Of a stretch of DNA of 64,000 bases, positions 43,054 to 58,736 are shown piece after piece (the stretch's first letter is position 1; the number at the start of each line of letters is the position of its first letter). Location: positions 76,508,001-76,572,000 of the forward strand of contig OX597825.1 in assembly GCA_951406725.2 (NCBI GenBank), given 5' to 3'. This DNA is from Octopus vulgaris. Taxonomy: Eukaryota. A program made the position numbers and the translations under genes. The notes below the pieces were generated by a model, which saw only the letters and a list, made by a program, of their open reading frames with translations, did no database searches and had not been told where the DNA came from.

Positions 43054-43325
43054 ATTCTTTTATCCTTTTATTCTTTTACTTGTTTCATTAATTTGACGGC
43101 GCCCATGCTGGAGCACCGCCTTTAGTCGAAGAAATCAAACCCAAGGACTTATTCTTTGTGAGTCTAGTATTTATTCGATCTGCCCTTTTTGGCGAACCAC
43201 TAAGTTACAGGGACACAAACACACCAACATCGGTTATCAAGCGATGGTGGGGCGACAAATACAGACACACAAATGCATACATACAAATATACATGCATAC
43301 ACACACATTAATATTTTATGAAACA

Positions 43326-44276
43326 CTAACAGACATTCCCGGCGTTGCTAGGGGTTTGAATGGCATAGTTTGTATATATGGTACAGTTAAGACGAAACGT
43401 GGTACGGCAAAGTGCAGCATTTGACGACAAAACATTTGTGTAGTAAATGAAGAACCAAATCGAATAAGTGACATGTCATGCGTCTGTTTGGAAGATTCCA
43501 GACCCTAACCATGTCATGGAAAGGTGGGTGGTGTTATGTGATTTTTGAACGCACCAAAAGGCTCTTAGTGGATATATTCTCCTTTGCAGCTGTCGGCGCT
43601 GCCGCAACCACGCTGAATAATCAACAGACATAGGAACTACATCACTGTGATTAATTAAGCCCGTGGGCATGCTCAACAGCCCCACATGAGAGAAATGTAC
43701 ATGAAAGAAATGACTTGGTAAGTGGGGTTTGGCTGAAGCTGTTAATGCAACATTCCTGGCCAGGCGAATACTACGCTATTCATCGCTTTCCGTTGCTCTT
43801 GCAGTATCTGTACATGCCGCATTTTGTGATTGTCTAATTGAAATCTCATGTAATGATTCATTTGATCTCCTTATTTTCAATTTCTCTGCTACCGCCGTTT
43901 TTCGAACAATGGAGATCTCTTCTTTGGAGACATTATGTCAAGAAGCATGACGTAATAAGCTAAGATGACAACTGTACGTTAATAATGAAATGCCAAGAAA
44001 AAAAAAGGTAAATTATATCAATATCTTAACAAAGTTTTAGAAAAGTTACTTCGCAAGGAGTTACCTCATTTCTCCATAGTAGGTATACTTACCCCAGGAA
44101 ACGGGATTTCTGGCTCTAGAGGCCCCATTACTCATTATGGGAAAACTTTTAAGAGTCTAAAACCATCTCTGGAACATGAGTGATGTATGTTTCCATTTTG
44201 AAGAAAATTAGTCGCGAACTTCAGAAGTTATGCGGGTTTACACACACACACACACATTGAGTTTTATATCTATAAA
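43326..44276 (-). mobile_element. Deleted Helitron, family C, with Rep/Hel N-terminal remnant
   Basis: Minus-strand 3' end CCCTAGCAACGCCGGG...GTTAG|T and 5' TTTATAGATATAAAAC; internal RRSNESLHE...ARATESDE*RSIRL resembles Helitron N-terminal repeats. Confidence 0.65.
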
Positions 44277-44347
44277 TAACTAGTTCGGGAACCATTTGAT
44301 CCCATCTCGTATATATATATATATATATATATATAAATCTATATATT

Positions 44348-44413
<66 letters not shown>

Positions 44414-44813
44414 TGTATGCGAATGTTATATAGCAATATATAGAGAAAAAGAGAGAAAAAAGAAGGGGATGAAGAGGCAGGGAGAATGAGAGTGAGAGAG
44501 AAAGAGAGAAAGGGACAAAGAGGAGAGAAAAAGAACAAAGGAAAATATACGAAAGAGAGAGAGAGAGAGACAAAGAGGTAGAAAGATATTGAGAGAGAAG
44601 GGAGAGAGAGAGAGAGTAAAACAGTAAGAGAATGAGAAAGAGAGAGTGTGTGTAATAGAGAAAGAGCGAGCGAGCGAGAGAGAGAGAGAGAGAGAGAAAT
44701 AGAGAGTGAGAGAGAGCGGTTATTGGCAATATAGTTAGGCAGCCTTAACTAAGAATATATAACCCAGAATTTAGAATGTTGGCACCATTTCATGACTGCA
44801 AAGAAGAAATAGG

Positions 44814-44911
<98 letters not shown>

Positions 44912-46675
44912 GTCCGTGTTGTATGTGCGCGCGCGTTTGTGTGTGCATCTATATATATACGTGTATACACACACACATACATACATTAAATTCATATTTG
45001 CTTCTTGTATGGGTGTTGCGTAAGTTCATGTATTCTTTGTACGTGTGTGAACATATACACAAACACACATATACACATGCATGTATCGAACGAACATGAA
45101 GTTAAAATCTGTTAGAACCTTCGCTGTGACTGATATTCGGTAGGTAGAATTATATACACTGACACGTACAGTATATGCACATACACATACACTCACACAC
45201 ACATACACTCTCTATTGCTGTCTTTCTGTGTGTGCGTTTGTCACTCTGTCAGTCTGTCTATGTATTTTATTCATTGCTGCAGCTTACCTTACACACATAT
45301 ACACACACAAAGGTGTGCACATAAACACATAGTCACTCTTATCCATTCTCTTCATATGTCCACATATTCGTATGTACCTATGTATATCTATGTTTATATG
45401 CATGTGTATTTACACACACGCACGCACACACACACACACACACATGTGTTTACATCTCCGTAACTTAGCGATTTGGCAAAAGAGTATGTATCTACGAAGG
45501 TGGATAATCCACTAAAAAATTAATTTTCAAAATTCAACATTATTATATAGATTAAGATGACAAAACTTAAAGATATACATAAATATATATATATATACCA
45601 ATATACATATATACACATATGCATATACATACACACATACACACACATATATATATAATATAAATAATATATATGCATATATACATACGTATATGTACGT
45701 ACATATATAAGTATATACATATGCATATGTGGGCACAAGACGTCACGGATCGTAAACAACATAAAAAAAGCTAAAACATGAGATACGAGATACGAATACA
45801 TGGAATTTTAACCTTTTTGGGCAACAATGAAAGAAACAAATGGAAAACAAGACAAGCAACATAACGAACAACCCTTCATCAGTTGTCGGCTGTTTTTCTA
45901 ATCCATATTTCGAGCAATTCAACAAGATTCGCCTTCGTTAAAACAGTTGCTCCCGCAAAGCAAATCAAATAAAATTTGGAATTTTTTGGAGGGTCAAAAT
46001 TGGTAATAAAAACAGGACAGTGAAAACAAACAGGAAGGGCTTGCTAAGCCTAAACAGGGTGAAGTGCCGAACTCGGAGAGCAAGCTTGGACAGAAGACAG
46101 ACAAGAATGCGTCTGATTCGTCCAGCTGAAATCAGAAGGAAAGAAAGAAACACAAGTTAGGAAAAGAAAGATGGCCGATGGTCACGTGGGAGCCACGTGA
46201 GAGCAAAGGAGGAACAGTGAGGGAGAATGAGTGACAGACACTGAACGGCGAAAGAGAGATGAAAAAATTAGAGAAGACAAAAGAGAGAACAAAGTGAGAG
46301 GGGGAGAAGGGGAGATAAAAAGAATTAGAAAAAGGAAAAGAGAAAACCGAAAGTTTAATAGAATAATAGAATAGAATCATATTAGAATTTTTAAGATAAA
46401 ACTTACTTGGAAATGGATGCGTGGTGTTCAATCATATAATAATATAAATAATATATATATGCATGTATACATACGTATATGTACATACTTATCTACATAT
46501 TCATATAGATATACATGCATACACATGCATTCAAACATATATTTATATATACATACGCACACATATATACAAATACACACACATATATATATACACATAT
46601 ACACATGTACATATACTTTTACACGAATTACTACATCCATATACACATACACAAATATATTCGTAGAAGCAAAAC

Positions 46676-46723
<48 letters not shown>

Positions 46724-47080
46724 GCAACAAAAAATGCACATAGATATACTGACCTATATACATATACACACATCCACACACACACACACATATATACATA
46801 TATACATATAAACATATACGCATATATACACATATATGCATTTATATACATACACACACACATATATATATAAATATATATGTACACATATAACATACAC
46901 ATATACAACATATATGCATATATACATACATGCACACACACTTATATATACATGTAAACACATGTACACATACACATGCATGCATATTCATATACATATG
47001 TATATATACATATATACATATAAATACATATATATACACATTTACGCACAAACACATACATATGCATAACGACATATCTA

Positions 47081-48229
47081 CGAGGGGCGTTCAATAAGTA
47101 ATGCCCCTGACCCACGTGCAGTTGTTTGATCTAGCTGAAATTTTGCATGTGCAATTATTTATATCTCTATAGATTAAGTGGCAAATTACAGCTCTGAACT
47201 AATTGTGGTTTCTGATTTACAGGTATTTGAACTGAGTCAAGTGTGAAACGGAGCCTGTCGAGTGTCGAGCAGTGATGCGGTTTCTGTATTTGAAAGGACG
47301 CACACCACAGGAGACTTTTGATGAAATGAAAGTAACTTATGGTGATGATGCCCCATCATATGAACTTGTAAAACGCTGGCATCGTGAATTCAAACATGGT
47401 CGGAACTTTGTGGAAACAGCTCCCAGATCTGGTCGCCCCCCTTCTGCCATTGATGAGGCATCTGTCCGTCAAGTTGAGGCTGCCATTTTGGAAGATCGAC
47501 GCATAACTATTCGCCAAATAGCCCATGAGGTCAAGATTAGTACCGGGTCTTTGGAAACTATCATTCATGACCATTTGCATATGCAAAAGGTGTCTGCCAG
47601 ATGGATTCCCAGGTTGCTAACACCTTTCCAGAAGCAAGAACGCGTCGATTGCGCGAGGAGGAATTTGAAGATGTGCCAAGAAGATGAGTCAAAATTTTTC
47701 AAAAGACTGATTACACAGGATGAAACCTGGGTCCATCACTATGATCCAGAGACCAAAGCCCAGTCAATGCAGTGGAAGCACCGTGACTCACCTCCTCCAA
47801 AGAAGGCAAGGGTGCAGCCCTCCGCTGGCAAGGTCATGCTCACAGTCTTCTGGGACCAGGACGGAGTAGTGATGACAGATTTCCTGGCAAAGAGTGCCAC
47901 AATTACAGGAGTCTATTATGCTTCACTTTTGAGGAATTTAAGAGAAGCTATCAAAATCAAGAGGCGGGACAAGATCAGCAAAGGCATCCTCCTCCAGGAC
48001 AACGCTCCGATCCACAACTCGCGTGTCGCCAGATCAGAAGCACAGGCGTGTGGCTATGAACTCATCCCTCATCACCCCTACTCTCCTGACCTGCACCCTC
48101 TGATTTTCACCTCTTCCCAGCCATGAAGTTGTTGTTCCTATGTAGAAAAAGACTAATAACTGTGCCAAGTTTCGTTGCTCTACTGCTATGGGAAGTGGGT
48201 TAGGGGTATTACTTATTGAACGCCCCTCG
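47081..48229 (+). mobile_element. Mariner (DD34D) transposon, young but non-functional
   Basis: 35-bp TIRs CGAGGGGCGTTCAATAAGTAATGCCCCTGACCCAC (2 mismatches) with TA duplication at 47079 and 48230. Confidence 0.95.
47248..48156 (+). pseudogene. Mariner transposase pseudogene
   Basis: WIPRLL, TQDETW, QDNA and YSPDL motifs. Presumed start reads ACG at 47248; 1-bp deletion after YSPDL (restoring it gives D34D spacing); C-terminal deletion near 48135. Confidence 0.9.
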
Positions 48230-48402
48230 TATCACATCAGGTATAAATACAAACAACATATCCCATGTGTACAAGTACATATGTATATATATATATATAT
48301 ATATTGATAAAACGGTAAGATAACAAAAGAAAGAAAGAGACCTCAATATTATGTAAATAGAGGAAATTTATCTATACAATATGTTACATTACTCGGTAGT
48401 CA

Positions 48403-48465
48403 AGATAAAACTCTGAGTTTCAGATGCCGAAGTGGAAATCCACAACACCATCTCTTCGGTTATCT
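48403..48465 (-). ncRNA. Hammerhead motif with CCGAAGA core inside an inverted-tail insertion
   Basis: Minus strand reads AGATAA CCGAAGA GATG...CATC-T GAAAC TCAGA GTT TTATCT, with 6-bp stem I and near-palindromic helix III. Overlaps perfect 46-bp inverted repeats 48373-48418 / 48472-48517 in (TA)n. Confidence 0.6.
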
Positions 48466-48509
48466 GGCTATACTCAGAGTTTTATCTTGACTACCGAGTA
48501 ATGTAACAT

Positions 48510-48582
<73 letters not shown>

Positions 48583-50233
48583 GCACACACAAATATATAT
48601 TATTATTCATATGTGCACATACATGTACACCTATAAATGGATACATACAAGCACAAATATACACACTTGATGTATTTTTCTAAACACATATTTAGAATAG
48701 TGTGTACAAGCTAAAACACTCACATCTTTCATTAAGCAATTTCTTTTGAGATGTTAATAAGTATATGCCAACACAGATACACCGAATGATGTTAATTATA
48801 ATAAAGATAATTATATTTGGTTTAGCATTCCTTACGCACAACAAATAAAAACGAATTTGATCAAATAATATGTATTTATGTATGAGGGCGGCAAACTGGC
48901 AGAATCGTTAGCACGCCAGGTAAAATGCTTACCGACATTTCGTACGTCTTTGTGTTCTGAGTTCAAATTACGCGGGTGTCGATTTTTGCCTTTTGTCGTT
49001 TCGGGGTCGATAAAATAAGTAACAGTGGAACACTGGGGGTCAATGTAATCGACTTACTGTCTTCCTGAAAGTACCGGCTATGTGCCAAAATTTTTAACCA
49101 ATGTGTGTGTGATTGTGAATGTGTGTGTGACTGTGTGTGTGTAAAACGTAATATGCTAATTTTGTTCAGCATTACACCTCCATCACCATCAGTATCAGCA
49201 TCACCATCATCTCCATAACGATGGCTACTACCACCATCACCACTCCACAACACTGACCACTGCCACCACCGCCACCAACTCCTTACTACCAAAGACATTA
49301 CAATTACGTTCCGTTCTCCCTAACTAACCGTTTCTTGGAAGTTTGTCTAAAATCAGAAAGGTTATCTGCCAGCTAATTTTAACCAAACCAAACCAAACCA
49401 AACACGAACTCTGTGACCCATTCATCTTCCACCGCATCCATCTTACCTTCACCACAGACCCTATAGCACCGCCACCACACCACCACCATACTACCACCAC
49501 ACTACCACCACACCACCACCATCAACACCACGGCTGCCACCTACATTACTTCATCACCACAATCATCACCACAACGACGACTACGACAACCATCACCCCA
49601 CCCCACCACTAAATCCACCAACATCACCATCGCCGCCGCCACTATCACCACCAGTACCACCAGTACCACCACCAGCACCAGCAGCACCACCACCACCACC
49701 ACCATCATTGACTATAGACTTGCCAGCAGCAATATACATTCATAGTTTTTCTTGTACACCATCACTAGAATAGTGATTTTAAAGAAGCAAAATAATTCAA
49801 TTAACTGAAATAATCAATGCAATTAGTGAATAAAAACTCCCTCGATATAAGCATATATGTTTAAAAAACAACTAGTAAGGGAGAGAATTTTAACATAATT
49901 AGATGACCGACATTTTTACAAAATAAAGACGATGCTGGAGGGCGTAGGTCTTGACTTTAATGCCAAGTGGTGAAAACCATAGACATGGTGTTTCGGTCTT
50001 GTAAAGTATTATCAGATAATAGGGATGTACTTTGAGAAATGTATTTGTGTAGTAATTATAAAAGGAGACCGGAACAAAAATAAAATGGTTACTGCTAGAA
50101 CAATTTCGATCCTACGTCTACTGGGTCAGAGCTAACCTGGTGCTAAGCAATACATACATACATACATACATACACACACTTTTATATATATATAAATACA
50201 TACATACTCACATATATATATATACACGTACAT

Positions 50234-50308
<75 letters not shown>

Positions 50309-50309
<1 letters not shown>

Positions 50310-50521
50310 TGAACACCATGATAGATCGTTAGCTCCTACACGCATTTTTCTCTCCTTGTTTCTCTCCTTGTTTTTTTTCTGTGTATCTTTCTTGTCGAAG
50401 AGCGTAGGCTCGAAACGTAAAAGACTTTTTCTATTTCTATTCCTGAGCGCTATACTAATACATTTGTTTGTTTGTACTCTACCTGCCTTCATCTTTTGTT
50501 TATTTTCGTAAACTTTCCCGT
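50309..50521 (+). mobile_element. ~220-bp short element carrying a variant minimal hammerhead (copy 2)
   Basis: Inserted within (TA)n. Motif at 50387-50423: CTTT CTTGTCGA A GAGC-GTAG-GCTC GAAAC GTA AAAG. Confidence 0.65.
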
Positions 50522-50562
50522 TATATATATATATATTCACGTGTATACATATATATACATAC

Positions 50563-50643
<81 letters not shown>

Positions 50644-51317
50644 AAAGTTATTTTATTCAACATGGGTAGGAATATAGGAAAAATAGAAGTTGAAAATGTA
50701 CTAAGAATAGTTAAAATATTTTTTATTAATACGTATAAAGATTTAACCTGTTTCACAATTTGACACTAATTTTCAAAACGTTGAAATAAGACGTTGCTTA
50801 TGTCGCAGCTGTCTTGCTTCTGACCAGTGTTTGGAGCTTGCCCTGTTTTTATTGGGAATTCATGGCTCAAATTAGTATATGTTTTGAATAGGATTTGATT
50901 CGTAGAGGATTGTCACATCACTGGTCTTAGAAATTTTTGTCAGTTCCCCGCTACGTCCGTGTGTCGTAAGTTAAGGCTGACACAATAGACTGATCACGTC
51001 CAAATAATCAATGCTCTGAATGTTTTCTGTCAAGTGTTTGTAGAGAATGAGCATGTGATTAAGTTTATGACATTAAATTGTCAGAAGGTGTAGGAGTATC
51101 GGCAATTATAGGAAATACTCTGTTGATCCACTGGAGAGGTTGCAGCGTATAATTTATATCAAATTTTTATGTGCCTGTATTGGATTGCTATGGGATCTTA
51201 AAATGAGGCAAGGTAAGACCAGCTTTTGGCAATTCATAGTAAGATGGAATAAAAATCCAGTTGGCAGGACAACGACTACTGATATTCTGCCAGGTCAGTC
51301 TTTACACAAGTCTTTAA

Positions 51318-51552
51318 GGCGGCGAGCTGGCAGAAACGTTAGCACGCCGGGCGAAATGCTTAGCGGTATTTCGTCTGCCGTTAGGTTGTGAGTTCAAATT
51401 CCGCTGAGGTCGACTTTGCCTTTCATTCTTTCGGGGTAGATAAATTAAGTACCAGTTACGCACTGGGGTCGATGTAATCGACTTAATACCTATGTCTGTC
51501 CTTGTTTGTCCCCTCTGTGTTTGGCCCCTTGCGGGTAATAAAGAAATAGGTT
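51318..51552 (+). mobile_element. SINE family 2, full length with target-site duplication
   Basis: AGTCTTTACACAA at 51297-51309 and 51553-51565 brackets the element. Confidence 0.85.
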
Positions 51553-52089
51553 AGTCTTTACACAAATCGGTCGGGAATCACTTCATGGTGGGGAGTAAAA
51601 AAGAGACTCCAGAAAACTGGGGAACTGGATTAAAGGCGGAGAAGAGGAAGAAAAAAAAAAAGAATATTTAGCAGAAAGGGAGAGAAAAGGAAAGATGAGA
51701 GAAAGGAAAAGTTTGAAAAGTGAAATGCGAACAGACATAAAGTAGTATAAGGGATGAGAGTGGATATACTATCAATATAGAATCAAGCGAAGCCATGGAT
51801 GTCGAGAACTATGGGTGCATTTCGAGGTGAGGTAACGTTTTTAGTCAATTTGAAACTGGGTAACATTCGAAACGGGAAAATTCTTAAAATCGTGCAGCTT
51901 GAAGACCTTAGCATCTAACAGAGGCTTCCTCTCTTCTGTTTAGAATATCACCGGGTAGAATCAGAGATTAATCAGTGATTTTATTAGTTTTTCTGTGAAA
52001 CACAATTAACATTTTCAGTTTCATACATCCTCAATATTTTTTCTTTTGTGGTTATACATCACACGACTGGTATGTTTTCAATTTCTCGA

Positions 52090-52280
52090 TCTTTCAGCTG
52101 CCCCATATATTTCTCCAATAACGTTGAACTTCGCTTGTTTCTGTTTCTGAACGAATGCATATGTTGTCTAAATCAGGCATTAAACGAATACTAAGTACGA
52201 CACAACTTCTTTGTTTGTTTGTTTCTTTCTTTCTTAGTAATTTCGCACAAAGTTTTGTTGTTTCAATGGAAGCTATCAAC
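52090..52280 (-). mobile_element. R4/Dong-like non-LTR fragment
   Basis: EVQRYWRNIWG resembles the FWxxIW pre-RT motif; very decayed. Confidence 0.3.
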
Positions 52281-52679
52281 TTTTTCTGTCTTCGTTATCC
52301 ATCACCACCGTCGCCGCCACTACCATCAACATCACCATCACCACTACCACCAAAATCACCACCTATCTTGACTACCCGATTTATCTTTCACCATCACCAC
52401 CACCTTCCAGACCATTATACGCTTCCGTCTCCCAAAATTTCAACCAACTGGAAGCTATAATAGAAGACACATGTACAAGATGACGTATAAAGGTATCGAA
52501 TCTGAAATTACGTGGTGGAGAACCACACTTACATATATATGCATGCAAGCAAGCATACATGCATACATACATACATACATACATACATACATACATACAT
52601 ACATACATACATACATGTAGGCATATATGTATATAAATGTACATGTTTGTATATATGTATATATACATATATAAATATG

Positions 52680-52726
<47 letters not shown>

Positions 52727-52930
52727 TATATACATACAGGTTATACACAAACACATACACACAAAAATACATATACTGTATATATTTATATACACGCACA
52801 TTTATATATATGCCTGTGTGCATGTATATAAAATTATAAATATACTTGTGTGTGTGTATATATTCCTACTTATATATATATATGTGTGTGTGTGTGTGTA
52901 CATATATATGTATATATATGTATATATATA

Positions 52931-53004
<74 letters not shown>

Positions 53005-53222
53005 AATATATACGCATACTAACAGTGACGCACTTATGCACGCAAAAGCATGTGTGTGTGTGTGTAGTTGGCCGGCTGCCCACTCTTCAGGTACGAAGTG
53101 AATACAGTGTAACGAAAAAGTTTGCCAACAAAGCTAATGTTATTTGATATTAAGTACCACATCCCACCCCACATCCTCTCCATTGCACCAATACCAACAG
53201 CACCACCACTCAGCGTCCTGCC

Positions 53223-53276
<54 letters not shown>

Positions 53277-53277
53277 T

Positions 53278-53364
<87 letters not shown>

Positions 53365-53670
53365 AAACTTTACTCAAAATATATCACCATTTAACAAAAC
53401 TTCTTGCTCATGCAACAGACAGTTCACTCACTCACCCTGTTCTTTTTCACTTTTTTCTTTCTTTTTTCTTCCTTTCTTCCTTCCTCCCTCCCTTCCTTCC
53501 TTCCTTCCTTCCTTCCTTTCTTTGTTTTCTTTCTATCTTTCTTTTCTTTCTATCTTTCTTTTCTTTCTATCTTTCTTTCTTTTTCTTTCCTTCTATCTTT
53601 TCTTCTCTCGCCAATTCTTCAGACGAAAGTCCTGGTGTTGTAATCTGCTCTTCCTTTTCTTCCCTTTAAC

Positions 53671-53733
<63 letters not shown>

Positions 53734-55203
53734 ATTCCATTCTATTCTCCAACGCGTTGCTCCTCCCCCACCCCTGCGAACACCTCTCTGCCATCAGTTC
53801 CACAGACAAAAAAAAAAAAAATAAAAGACTTCTTGCTAACAATGGAATCTCTCACCTCTTTCTGTCTTCGGCATCTCTTACATTTGAACGCTGCAACCCT
53901 CCCCCCCAAACACCACCACCACCAACGACAACAATAGCAACACTCTTCTCCACCGCTACCATCCTTTTCAGTTTTAAATGACATCGCCCCACCCCCCACC
54001 ATCGTATCCTCCAATCATTCTCCAAGATAAACTCTCTTACACAACTAAACTAACCCTAATTAAATCACCTGGAAATCTGGCTTCGCAACAACAGACTTTA
54101 AATAACACCAACCAATTCTGCGGTCTCCACTTCTTAACAACAGCAGCAGCAGCACCACCACCACCACAACCATCACCACCACCACAACCACAACCACAAT
54201 CACAGAACTTCAAATACAAGATACAGGCATGGCCGTGTGGTTTAGTACTTTGCTTCGGAACTACGTGGTACTGAGTTCAATTCCTCTAGTCACGACTTAA
54301 GTGTCTTCAACTATAACCCCGGGTCGACCAAGCCTTGTGAGTTCATTTTATAGACGGAAACGGAGTAGAAGGTTATCCCAATCAGTAATTCCTTCCTACA
54401 GAAGGCCTAAGGCCTGAAATTTTTCCTTTTGTCGGTTGTGTGAGTGTGTGGTAGGAGTGGGATGGAATGGGGGGTTAGTCGATTACATCGACCCCAATGC
54501 TCAACTGGTACTCAGTTAAAGCTGACTTCTGTGCAATTTGAACTCAGAATGTTAAGTCAGAAGAAATGCTGCAAAGCATTTTGTCCGGCGTGCTAACGAA
54601 CCTGCCAGCTTGCCGCCCTCATGCCATTTGGCGTTTAGACTGTAACATATTCCCTAGAAGCGTAGGTGTTTGGACTATTGACGTTCTGCTTGCATCTCAT
54701 GAGCAATTTTGGTAGTCATCAGGACACATTAGCAATTAATTCATTGTTTACTAACTTAAAACCCGCACTCCGTGCTAACGATTCTGCCAGCCTGCCGCCT
54801 TATATCAACAAGTAAATGTTGACTCGAAAAACACTTTTGGATGGATCTTCGAGTTTTTTTTTTTTTTTATCCAAAAGGGATTTTCAACTTAATATTATGT
54901 ATAGCCTTATGTGTGTGCTTCGAGAACAAGTTCGAAAAGAAGAATTATTCAACGTTCTCTCGAAAATTTATAAAGTCTTATGATATCAACGATATACATA
55001 CAGACGTACATCCATCCATCCATCCATCCATCCATCCATCCATCCATCCATACATACATATATATTTATATGAGGACAAATAAGAACATATTAAATGTCA
55101 TACAAGATAATTTCTTGATTTATTTATTTCAAGTTCAAGAAGCGGGAGAACAATCACTTTATGGTAACTGGGACCAAATCTAATTATGTATATATATATA
55201 TAT

Positions 55204-55258
<55 letters not shown>

Positions 55259-55673
55259 TATAGATAGATACATGTACATGTAGATGTATATGCGAGTGCG
55301 CGCGCGTGAGTATGTGTGCATGTGTGTGCGTGTGTGTGCGTGTGTGTGTGTGCGAGCGAGTGTATATGCAAGCACACATATTCTTAAATACATGCACCCA
55401 CACACACAAGACAAACATTTACGCGTAAACGCACGTACACACACGCATACACACATGCACACACACACACGCACACAGTCAGACATGCTCTATTTTCTAC
55501 GTAAAGGGATATTCTTCACAAGCCTATACACGTATCTACACATATGTGTGTGTGTGTGAGTGTGTGTGTATGCTTGTGTTTGTGTTTGTGCGTGTATGTT
55601 TGCGTCTGTATATATATGTACTCCTCTCTTTATCTCCTTCCTCTCTCTTCCCTTTTCTCTGTCTCTCTCTCCC

Positions 55674-55727
<54 letters not shown>

Positions 55728-55872
55728 GATATTTATTCATCCATACATATATATGTATGTGTGTATATATATAAATATACATCTATCTGTATAGATATGC
55801 ATATGCACATGTATTGATATATAATATATGATACACACACACACACACACATATATTGATAGAAATGCTAAG

Positions 55873-56002
<130 letters not shown>

Positions 56003-56570
56003 TGTATGTGTTTCTGTCTAGAACGTTGTGCGAAAATGGCTGTGTATGGATGGCTAGCCAAAATATATTGGGTAGCAAAATAATATGAAAGACCCTACGG
56101 CAAAATTTTGTCAGATTTATTAAGGCAGGCAGGGAAAAGTTAGTTAGATTTAATAGTCGGAAGGAAGGCAAGCTGTGTGTGAGTGTATGTCTGTTTGTCT
56201 GCGTGTATATGTGTCTGTAAACACATGCATACAATCATATATATATATATATATATATAATTTGTACACACATATATACATGCGTATATATACGCATACA
56301 CACATACCCAACCAGACCACACGGCCACTTATATGTCTGTTTGGGTATGTATTAGTGTGTTTAGGTGTGGCAGTGTATGCTGGTGTGTGTGTGTGTGTGT
56401 GGGCGTACGCACATATGTATATACTTAATAAATTTACGTATGTATACAATTATACACAAACACATACCGTAGCAAGCATGCACATACACCCACACATATT
56501 ATATTGAAGATCCCACTACACATATCCAATATACAATTATGTTTATTGAAGCACAAGCATATGCAAGTTA

Positions 56571-56622
<52 letters not shown>

Positions 56623-56790
56623 ATATCTATCTATCTATCTGTCTGTCTCTCTGTCTCTGTGTGTTCACTTCTCTCTCTTTCTAACTCTCTCTCTCTATGC
56701 ACAATATGTATATACATATACATATATACATATATATACATATATATATATATGTATATATATTATATATGATATATATATAATAATAAT

Positions 56791-57310
56791 TTGAGGGAAT
56801 ATTATTCCTAACTTACAGGGAAAAATTCAATTTAGAAATACTAAATAAAATTTCACAAAATATAATATATATATAAAAATTAGAAAACCCCCCACCTTTT
56901 ATCAATTCAAAATGAACGATTAAATTACACCATCTAGAAAATGATATACAATAGAAATATTAAATAGAAAATAACAATAATATACTAATGATTAAGTAAA
57001 TTGCAAAATAATAAATAAAACGTATATATTTGGTAGAATAACGACACGTGTTTCGTGGGTATATTTAAGAAATGATTATAGTAAAAAAATTAATAGTAGT
57101 AGTAAAACCATTTCGATATAAATATAGTCACTCATCAGGTTACAAATAAACTACAATAATAAAATAATTAATTAATAAAAATACGTAAATAATCTTTTAA
57201 AATATAAATATATTCTTTAATATATATGATTTTGATTTTGATTTTTCCAGTTTCAGCTAATGAGCTGTGGCCATGCTGGGGCACCGCCATATATATATAT
57301 ATATATATTC

Positions 57311-57345
<35 letters not shown>

Positions 57346-58500
57346 ATACTAAATATACATTAAGTGAAAACTAAATACAATACTTAAATTATACAATACT
57401 TTAAAATTAATTAATATACACAATGCTAGTACAAGCTATTAATATTGTAATCAAAATAAGAAATGGTTCAAATAAAGACAAACTCATTAAATAAACTGAC
57501 TATATAATTAATGTATATGTGTTGTTTCTATAAATTTAATATATCACTCAATGATATAGTTGATCAAATATCAATTAATATAAAACCTAATTTACTTAAA
57601 TTTGATACTACGTAATAAATATACCACCTAATTATTAAGTAATATATTGTCTAACAAAAATTAATTCTCAAATTAAATTAAATGTAATACGTTAGATCCC
57701 TTTGTAAAAATAATAATAAATTCTAAATAAATAGATATAATAATTAATAACTATCATAACTTATAACTATCAATACATATAAAAATGATATAATGGCGAA
57801 AATTATTTACTAATGAAAAGTAAGAAACATTTAAGCCCCTTAAATAAAAGAAAGGTGCAAAAGATATTAGAACAAATGAACAATACACTATGAAGACATT
57901 CAACTACAACCGTCAGTCCACTAGAAATCCAGTCAATAACAATAATAATAATAACAACAATAATCAAACTAAATATAATACAAGATCCAAATAATATTGA
58001 TAAACAAGCAAGATTACGAAGTTCAACGATTAAATTAATCTATCTGGATTTTAAATGTATAAAAATAGGTTTTAGCGTCTTATTAATATACCCAATGCTA
58101 TTACTAGTCATGAATAATACAATCAAAAATAGGAAATGGTTCAAATATACCCAAATCCATTATATAAACTAACTATATTATTAATATATATATGTAGTTA
58201 GTATCTATAGATTTAATATTTCCCACGATAATAAAGTTGAACATCATATTAATTAATATAAAAACTAATTTACTTAAATGTAATACTACTTAATAAAAAT
58301 ATTACCTAATTATTAAATAATGTAAAGTCGAACGAAACTAATTCTCAAATTAAATTATATGTAAACGTTAAATCCCTATACAAATAGATATCATAATTAA
58401 TAACGATCGTAACTAATAAGAATCAAGAAACAATAAATAATAACATTTCAACAACAAGAACAACAAGAACAACAAGAACAACAACAAGAACAACAACAAC

Positions 58501-58533
<33 letters not shown>

Positions 58534-58590
58534 TTCAAACCCAAAACGATTCAAAATCCAAATGAAATAGATCAACAATAAAATGTAACT
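56791..58590 (-). mobile_element. Non-coding AT-rich hammerhead-bearing element (PLE pLTR / retrozyme-like)
   Basis: No ORF, hammerhead near one end, diverged direct repeat ~57420-58010 vs ~58092-58580. Tail homologous to 35461-35620 and 580-660. Confidence 0.55.
57039..57142 (-). ncRNA. Type I hammerhead ribozyme, canonical core
   Basis: Minus strand reads TAAC CTGATGA GTG-AC-TATATTTA...TAAATATA-CC-CAC GAAAC ACGT GTC GTTA. Stem I is TAAC/GTTA, the ACGT loop is palindromic, and the cleavage site is GUC. Confidence 0.82.
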
Positions 58591-58634
58591 TAGCTTGCCG
58601 AAGGAAACAAGTAAAAGAATAAAAGAATATTATA

Positions 58635-58673
<39 letters not shown>

Positions 58674-58678
58674 CATAT

Positions 58679-58734
<56 letters not shown>

Positions 58735-58736
<2 letters not shown>

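Noticed and set aside
44280-44311. Isolated mariner-like TIR end (...ATCCCATCTCG-TA)
   Set aside because: No partner TIR or transposase nearby.
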